DNA from: a virus
Lineage: Duplodnaviria; Caudoviricetes
Direction: 5' to 3' (one strand)
DNA: 62,292 nt
Virus record (IMG/VR): IMGVR_UViG_3300031787_000117
Location: 1-62,292 of that record
Notes under the pieces: generated by a model
Seen by the model: only the letters and a program-made list of their open reading frames with translations
What the model was told of the DNA's origin: nothing
The model's database searches: none
Program-made: the position numbers and the translations under genes
Shown here: piece after piece, positions 53,593 through 59,464 of the stretch
Layout of the letters: each line of letters opens with the position of its first letter
Position numbering within the stretch: the stretch's first letter is position 1

Positions 53593-53784
53593 ATGACTGA
53601 GACGACGCACGAAACAGGGAAGATGATTCTCGATGCTTTGTCAGTGGTGACAGTCATTGGGACACTAGTAGATATGCTTCCCTCAATAGCCGCCGTATTT
53701 ACGATTGTTTGGACTGGTATTCGTATTTGGGAAACCAATACTGTTCAGAGAATCTTAAAACGGAAGAAAGACGATGCCGAGTAA
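53593..53784 (+). CDS. Small membrane protein
   Basis: Hydrophobic core, WTGIRIWET, basic tail. Confidence 0.65.
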   Translation: MTETTHETGKMILDALSVVTVIGTLVDMLPSIAAVFTIVWTGIRIWETNTVQRILKRKKDDAE

Positions 53785-54262
53785 AACGTCAAAGCAGCAC
53801 AATTTCATGGCTGCTGTGGCAAACAATCCCGCCTTCGCCAAGCGCGTGGGTGTTCCTGCGTCCGTTGGACGTGAGTTCATGCAGGCCGACAAAGGCCGTA
53901 AATTCAACGAAGGTGGTGACATGAAAGAATCTAAAGCCATGGTTGGCAAAGAGATTGCCTTTATGAAGAAAAAAGGCGCTCCGAGGTCCATGATCAAACA
54001 TGAAATGGCCGAGGCCAAAGGTATGAAGCGTGGCGGTTACGCCAGCGGCGGTATGCCCATGGTTGAAAAAGACGGTAAAAAAGTTCCGGCGTTTGCTGCC
54101 GATGGCGTTGGCAAGATGAAGCATGGCGGCATTGCTAAGAAGATGATGGGCGGCGGTATGGCGTATTCGTCTGGTGGTTACACTCGTGCGGCTGATGGTA
54201 TTGCCAAGAAAGGTAAGACTAAAGGTGCGCAAGTCAAAATGATGCGCGGTGGAGCATGCTGA
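53774..54262 (+). CDS. Basic Met/Gly-rich GG-motif protein
   Basis: 7 [FYM]xxGG motifs; ADGIAKKGKTKG. Confidence 0.75.
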   Translation: MPSKTSKQHNFMAAVANNPAFAKRVGVPASVGREFMQADKGRKFNEGGDMKESKAMVGKEIAFMKKKGAPRSMIKHEMAEAKGMKRGGYASGGMPMVEKDGKKVPAFAADGVGKMKHGGIAKKMMGGGMAYSSGGYTRAADGIAKKGKTKGAQVKMMRGGAC

Positions 54263-54263
54263 A

Positions 54264-54653
54264 ATGAAAAAACGCAAATTCGCCGTGGGCGGTGACGTTC
54301 CGTATATGCCGGATCCTGGTTTCCCCATGCCACCACAGGATCCCGGTTTCCCTGCGCCGATTACGCCGCCGCCTGGGCGCCGAAGACCCAATATGGGTGG
54401 CGGAGATAACACGGCATATGGAGGTTTGGCTCAAGTTGGCGCAGGCGCAAAAACAGTCGGCTCCGCATTAGATGACATTTCAGATCGTCTTGGTGGCGGC
54501 ATGAAAGGAATTGCTGGAGCGCCGTCGCCAGGAATGACAATGAAAAAAGGCGGCAAAGTTAAAGGTTATGCTAAAGGCGGAGTAGTAGGTGCGGCGTCAA
54601 AACGTGCTGACGGTGTAGCGCAACGTGGCAAAACCCGTGGTCGATTTATTTAA
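54264..54653 (+). CDS. GG-motif protein
   Basis: FAVGG, MKKGG, YAKGG; KRADGVAQRGKTRGRFI. Confidence 0.75.
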   Translation: MKKRKFAVGGDVPYMPDPGFPMPPQDPGFPAPITPPPGRRRPNMGGGDNTAYGGLAQVGAGAKTVGSALDDISDRLGGGMKGIAGAPSPGMTMKKGGKVKGYAKGGVVGAASKRADGVAQRGKTRGRFI

Positions 54654-54663
54654 AGAGTAAGTC

Positions 54664-54984
54664 ATGTCAAAAAAACGCGCCCAATCCAGTATGCCGCTTT
54701 TGCCGGTAATGCCAGATGAATTTCAGCGTGGCCCTGAAGCCGGTCCTGAAGTGCGCAACCCGCCTTTGAATCCAGCGGAAATGACGCCTAGTCCTGCTCA
54801 AGCTGCTCGTATGAAACAACAGGTTGAGGAAGATCGTAAGCAGCGTGAGATGGATAAGGCTTATGAAGATTCTAAGCGTCAGTCTATGAAACGTGGGTAT
54901 GCATCTGGCGGGGTAGTCAGCTCTGCGTCTAAGCGCGCAGACGGTATTGCTCAACGGGGCAAAACAAAATGCCGAATCGTGTAA
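54664..54984 (+). CDS. GG-motif protein
   Basis: YASGG; KRADGIAQRGKTKCRIV. Confidence 0.75.
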   Translation: MSKKRAQSSMPLLPVMPDEFQRGPEAGPEVRNPPLNPAEMTPSPAQAARMKQQVEEDRKQREMDKAYEDSKRQSMKRGYASGGVVSSASKRADGIAQRGKTKCRIV

Positions 54985-55454
54985 AAAAATTTCAACAAGG
55001 CGGCGAAACTGAAGAAGATCGTCGTCTACAAGATCTTGAAGACCGAGTAATGGGTCGTTCTCGTCCGTATAAACGGGGCGAAAGAATGATGCGTTTGCTA
55101 GATCCTACAATGGACCCCATTACCGGCGAACGTAATGTTGCTAAATATGCAAGGCAGAAGATTGCCAATATCTTTCCTGGTGCAACATTAGATCGAGGGG
55201 TGTCAGGAGAAAATGCCCTAATGAATTTAATGCGAGAGGCAAATCGGGTTAGCAAGGCTTATCACGGGCAAGATTATCTAAAAGAGCTGCAAAACCGTGT
55301 CATGCAAGCCGGGACAAGTCGAGTAGATCGAGGCGTTCCTTATGATCCAAAGGCTGTAAAATTTTCAGAAGAGTCGGAATACAAAAAAGGCGGCAAAGTT
55401 ACACGCGGTGATGGTATAGCGCAACGCGGCAAAACCAGGGGGCGAATTATATGA
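54969..55454 (+). CDS. GG-motif protein
   Basis: FQQGG, YKKGG; RGDGIAQRGKTRGRII. Confidence 0.75.
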   Translation: MPNRVKKFQQGGETEEDRRLQDLEDRVMGRSRPYKRGERMMRLLDPTMDPITGERNVAKYARQKIANIFPGATLDRGVSGENALMNLMREANRVSKAYHGQDYLKELQNRVMQAGTSRVDRGVPYDPKAVKFSEESEYKKGGKVTRGDGIAQRGKTRGRII

Positions 55455-55726
55455 TGGCTTCACGCGGGATGGGTGCCATCAACCCATCTAAAATGCCCGG
55501 CCCCAAGCGTAAACAGCGTCGGGATGACACCGCCTTCTACGAATATGCAGAGGGCGGCAAAGTCAATGAGGCGGGTAACTACACCAAGCCCGGTATGCGT
55601 AAAGCTTTGTTTAACCGTATCAAAGGGCAGGCAACGCAAGGAACTGCGGCGGGTCAGTGGAGCGCGAGAAAAGCGCAACTATTAGCAAAGAAATACAAGG
55701 AACAGGGTGGGGGGTATAAAGATTGA
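55451..55726 (+). CDS. Basic GG-motif protein (DUF5872-like N-half)
   Basis: YAEGG; NYTKPGMRK...GQWSARKAQLLAKKYKEQGGGY. Confidence 0.7.
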   Translation: MMASRGMGAINPSKMPGPKRKQRRDDTAFYEYAEGGKVNEAGNYTKPGMRKALFNRIKGQATQGTAAGQWSARKAQLLAKKYKEQGGGYKD

Positions 55727-55956
55727 AGTCTCCTCAACAATCGCTTAAGGATTGGACCCAACAACGTTGGACAACTAAATCCGGTAAACCGTCATCTAAG
55801 ACGGGTGAGCGATATTTGCCAGAGGCAGCAATTAAGTCTTTGTCCCCTGCAGAGTATGCAGCAACGACGCGAGCAAAACGAGCAGGTAAAGCCAAAGGCA
55901 AACAGTTTGTGCCGCAGCCAAAAGGCATAGCCAAGAAAACGGCAGGATTCAGATGA
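55723..55956 (+). CDS. Small basic protein (DUF5872-like C-half)
   Basis: QQSLKDWTQQRW.TKSG....GERYLP. Confidence 0.7.
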   Translation: MKSPQQSLKDWTQQRWTTKSGKPSSKTGERYLPEAAIKSLSPAEYAATTRAKRAGKAKGKQFVPQPKGIAKKTAGFR

Positions 55957-56891
55957 CCACTTCTGGCACCACAGCGTTTGATCTAGACTTCACAGAAATT
56001 GCTGAAGAAGCCTGGGAGATTGCTGGCCGCGAAATGCGCTCAGGCTATGACCTGAAAACAGCGCGCCGTTCAATGAACTTGTTAACGATTGAATGGCAAA
56101 ACCGCGGCATTAACATGTGGACAATTGAGCCTGGGATCATCACGTTGACCGCAGGTTTGAGCACATACGCATTGCCCACTGACACCATCGACTTGCTTGA
56201 GCACGTTATCCGTACTGGTCAAAACACGGCATCCACCCAGGCTGATTTAAATATCACGCGGATTAGTGTTTCAACGTACGCCACAATTCCTAATAAGCTA
56301 GCGCAAGGACGGCCTATTCAGGTTTTGGTAAACAGATTGTCAGGTGCGGTATCTCCTACGTCATCTGTAGTTGATATTGTGGGTGGCATTAACTCTAGTG
56401 TCACTTCTATTCCTTTAAATACCGTAGTGGGCCTCCCAGGCTATGGTTTTATTAGGATCGGATCAGAAGACATTTTTTATCAATACATTAGTGGCAACAC
56501 ACTGATGGGCGTGGCGCGCGGGCAGAACAACACAGTAGCAGCGTCACATGCAGATCAGTCACCGGTCTCAAACCCAAACCTTCCGTCTGTAACGGTTTGG
56601 TTAGTGCCAGATAACACACAGACGTATCAGTTTGTTTATTGGCGACTACGCAGAATCCAAGATGCTGGATCAGGAGTTCAGACTGGCGATATGAACTTTA
56701 GGTTCTTGCCGGCGTTGACATCAGGATTGGCGTATCGAATTGCGACCAAAGTTCCTGAACTATCTAGTCGCGTTGAGATGTTAAAAGCTCAATACGACGA
56801 GCAATTTAATTTGGCTGCAGGGGAAGATCGAGAGAAGGCCGCGGTACGTTTTGTACCTCGTCGGTACTATCTTGGCAGCAGTGGTGCGTAA
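55953..56891 (+). CDS. Head-to-tail adaptor (P22 gp4 / tail tubular A-like) with inserted domain
   Basis: ARRSMNLL..EW.NRG.N.W, Y..IPNK...GRP, GLAY.IA. Confidence 0.72.
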   Translation: MTTSGTTAFDLDFTEIAEEAWEIAGREMRSGYDLKTARRSMNLLTIEWQNRGINMWTIEPGIITLTAGLSTYALPTDTIDLLEHVIRTGQNTASTQADLNITRISVSTYATIPNKLAQGRPIQVLVNRLSGAVSPTSSVVDIVGGINSSVTSIPLNTVVGLPGYGFIRIGSEDIFYQYISGNTLMGVARGQNNTVAASHADQSPVSNPNLPSVTVWLVPDNTQTYQFVYWRLRRIQDAGSGVQTGDMNFRFLPALTSGLAYRIATKVPELSSRVEMLKAQYDEQFNLAAGEDREKAAVRFVPRRYYLGSSGA

Positions 56892-57277
56892 TGGGTAACA
56901 GATTTGCCAGTGGCAAAATTGCCATTGCAATGTGTGATCGGTGTGGATTTCGATATCGTCTGCGAGATCTACAGAAGCTGATCATTAAGACCAAACAAGT
57001 TAACTTGTTGGTATGTCACGAATGTTGGGATCCGGATCACCCTCAACTTCAGCTTGGAATGTACCCAGTTGATGATCCCCAGGCGCTGAGGAATCCAAGA
57101 CGAGATACAACGTACGTTACGTCTGGAACTTTGGCTGACGGTAATTTGGGTTTAGGTAGTAGGCAGATTCAGTGGGGCTGGAATCCAGTAGGTGGTTCAA
57201 GTGGATTTGATGCGCCGCTTACGCCAAATGACTTGGTTGCAGTAGGCCAAGTTGGTACAGTAACGGTAACGACTTAG
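56891..57277 (+). CDS. Conserved Zn-finger protein
   Basis: CDRCGF...VCHECWDPDHPQ...DPQALRNPR. Confidence 0.7.
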   Translation: MGNRFASGKIAIAMCDRCGFRYRLRDLQKLIIKTKQVNLLVCHECWDPDHPQLQLGMYPVDDPQALRNPRRDTTYVTSGTLADGNLGLGSRQIQWGWNPVGGSSGFDAPLTPNDLVAVGQVGTVTVTT

Positions 57278-57285
57278 GAGTCATT

Positions 57286-57465
57286 ATGGACGCAAAGAAA
57301 GCAGTGCATAAGCATGAAAAAGCTATGCACCCTGGCAAGCCGCTGACAAAGTTTGCCAAAGGCGGTAAAACCAATCTGCAGATGCGTGAGCTTGGCAGGA
57401 ATCTAGCCAAGGTTGCCAATCAGAAGAAATCGTCTTTCACCTATCGTAAGTCGGGTGCAAAATGA
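57286..57465 (+). CDS. Small basic GG-motif protein (59 aa), not in ORF track
   Basis: AGGAG RBS; MDAKKAVHKHEKAMHPGKPLTKFAKGGK... Confidence 0.72.
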   Translation: MDAKKAVHKHEKAMHPGKPLTKFAKGGKTNLQMRELGRNLAKVANQKKSSFTYRKSGAK

Positions 57466-57614
57466 AAAAGGATTCTAATCAGCCCAAGCCGGCTCCTAAA
57501 GTAGACCTGAAGAACAGCGGTTATCCTGAGAAAAACGTTAAAACCACGGGCATCAAAATCCGTGGAACTGGTGCGGCAACTAAAGGTGTTATGGCTCGCG
57601 GCCCGATGGCATGA
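57462..57614 (+). CDS. Small basic protein (50 aa), not in ORF track
   Basis: ATGA overlaps at both ends; ends GIKIRGTGAATKGVMARGPMA. Confidence 0.72.
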   Translation: MKKDSNQPKPAPKVDLKNSGYPEKNVKTTGIKIRGTGAATKGVMARGPMA

Positions 57615-58258
57615 ACTACACAGAGCTTAAACAGAATATCAAGGACATCTGTGAGGCGGAATTCACCGATGCCATCCTAGATATGTTTACCGAGCAGGCT
57701 GAACAGAAGATCTACAACTCTGTTCAGATTCCGGCGCTACGGAAAAACGTAACTGGGGTAATGAGCATTGGCAATCCGTATTTGCAGATTCCTTCTGATT
57801 TTCTTTATGTGTATTCCTTGGCCGTAATTGACACGGACAATCGGTATTACTATCTGCTTGATAAAGACGTTAACTTTATTCGCGAGGCGTATCCGTTTTC
57901 TGGCCAAAGTGCCAATACGTCAGAGCGCGGGCGTCCTAAGCATTACGCAATCTTTGATGATTCGGCGTTTATCCTGGGGCCAACACCCAATTTGGCATAT
58001 AGCACCGAGCTTCACTACGGCTACTACCCTGAGTCTATTGTGACCGCGGGTACGACATGGCTTGGTGATGAGTTTGATTCGGCGCTTCTAAACGGCGCAC
58101 TGGTTGAAGCTATTCGATTCCAAAAGGGTGAACAAGACGTAGTTGAGATGTACACCGCGTTGTACACACAGTCAGTCGCTCTTCTCAAGCAACTTGGTGA
58201 TGGTAAGCTGCGTCAAGATACATATCGTTCTGGTCAGGTTCGTGTACCAGTGAGGTGA
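57611..58258 (+). CDS. Second adaptor / tail tubular A-like protein
   Basis: MNYTELKQ.I, QAEQKI, G.PKHYA, LGPTP, TWL, LLNGALVEA. Confidence 0.7.
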   Translation: MNYTELKQNIKDICEAEFTDAILDMFTEQAEQKIYNSVQIPALRKNVTGVMSIGNPYLQIPSDFLYVYSLAVIDTDNRYYYLLDKDVNFIREAYPFSGQSANTSERGRPKHYAIFDDSAFILGPTPNLAYSTELHYGYYPESIVTAGTTWLGDEFDSALLNGALVEAIRFQKGEQDVVEMYTALYTQSVALLKQLGDGKLRQDTYRSGQVRVPVR

Positions 58259-58261
58259 TAA

Positions 58262-58684
58262 ATGGCTATTTCTCAGGCAATGTGTTCTTCGTTCAAACAG
58301 CAGATTCTGCTGGGTGAACATGACTTGGACACGGATACAATCAAGATTGCGCTTTATACAAGTGCTGCGACTTTGGGCGCGAGCACGACGGCGTACACAA
58401 CTTCTGATGAAGTGGCGAACGGTAACGGATACACAACCGGTGGCAATACCCTAACAGGCGCAACAGTAAGTCTATCGGGCACCACGGCTTTTGTAGATTT
58501 TTCCGATACCACTTGGTCTAACGCCACAATCACGGCGCGTGGAGCGTTGATTTACAACTCAAGTAAGTCAAACAAAGCGATTGCAGTGTTGGATTTTGGC
58601 GGGGACAAGACTTCTACGAACGGCAACTTTACCGTTCAGTTCCCGACTAACGATGCTTCGTCTGCGATCATTAGGATTGCATAA
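58262..58684 (+). CDS. Conserved tail structural protein
   Basis: SFK..IL, KIALYTS, GYTTGG.TL, ITARGALIYN, LDFGGDKTS. Confidence 0.72.
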   Translation: MAISQAMCSSFKQQILLGEHDLDTDTIKIALYTSAATLGASTTAYTTSDEVANGNGYTTGGNTLTGATVSLSGTTAFVDFSDTTWSNATITARGALIYNSSKSNKAIAVLDFGGDKTSTNGNFTVQFPTNDASSAIIRIA

Positions 58685-58686
58685 GT

Positions 58687-59457
58687 GTGTCAGATGCAAT
58701 CGTAGCGTTTGAAGGTTGGTCTGCCTCTGGCGTTGGCTGGGGGCAGCAGGGCTGGGGCGTCGGGCAATCGGCGGTCACGGCTCAAACCTTTTTAGGCTCG
58801 GTTGTAGTAACGGCTGATTCGGATGTCCCGGTAACAGGCGTTCAGGCCACGGGGTTCATAGGCACCGTTACTGTAGTAGCAGAAGCGATTGTTGTAGTCT
58901 CAGGCGTACAGGCAACTGGGGAAGTTGGCACAGTTGTAGTCACGGCTGATGCGAATGTTGCGGTAACCGGCGTACAAGCGACCGGCGAGATTGGTACCGT
59001 CACTGTTGATGCAGGGGCGGTAGTTGCCGTAACGGGGGTATCAGCCACCGGTGCAATAGGCACCGTCACTGTTTCTGGTACTGCCGTTGTAATTGTAAGT
59101 GGCAACGTTGCCACTGGTCAGATCGGTACCGTTACAGTCTCCGCAGGCTCTCTTGTACAAGTAACCGGAGTTTCCGCAACAGGGGAGCTTGGCACTGTTA
59201 CGGTTACTGGCGGCGCGACGGCAACTCCATCAGGCGTTCAGGCAATTGGAGTTATCGGGCAAGTAAATGTCTGGGGTCAAATTAATGACGACCAGAACGC
59301 AAACTGGCAGAATGTGAGTGACGCGCAAAGCGCGGGGTGGAGTAGTGTGGGAACGGGTCAGGTGGCAACATGGATAAACGTCAATGACTCACAAACCGCT
59401 TCTTATGTAGCAGTAAACGACTCACAGACCGCCAACTGGAATCAAATAGCAGCATGA
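58687..59457 (+). CDS. Tail structural protein with ~22-aa VTGVxATGxxGTVTV repeats
   Basis: About 8 repeats, GWG N-terminus, W..V.D.Q C-terminal repeats. Confidence 0.72.
   Translation: MSDAIVAFEGWSASGVGWGQQGWGVGQSAVTAQTFLGSVVVTADSDVPVTGVQATGFIGTVTVVAEAIVVVSGVQATGEVGTVVVTADANVAVTGVQATGEIGTVTVDAGAVVAVTGVSATGAIGTVTVSGTAVVIVSGNVATGQIGTVTVSAGSLVQVTGVSATGELGTVTVTGGATATPSGVQAIGVIGQVNVWGQINDDQNANWQNVSDAQSAGWSSVGTGQVATWINVNDSQTASYVAVNDSQTANWNQIAA
59098..59115. promoter_or_regulatory. Palindrome copy 7 (18 bp AGTGGCAACGTTGCCACT)
   Basis: Within repeat gene; changes the repeat consensus (T/S)GV(Q/S)AT to SGNVAT. Confidence 0.8.
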
Positions 59458-59464
59458 GGCTCAA

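Noticed and set aside
53789-54412. 207-aa minus-strand ORF
   Set aside because: Antisense to the GG-motif genes
55705-55730. Programmed -1 frameshift fusing the 55451 and 55723 ORFs
   Set aside because: No canonical X XXY YYZ slippery heptamer; the 4-bp overlap fits ordinary translational coupling
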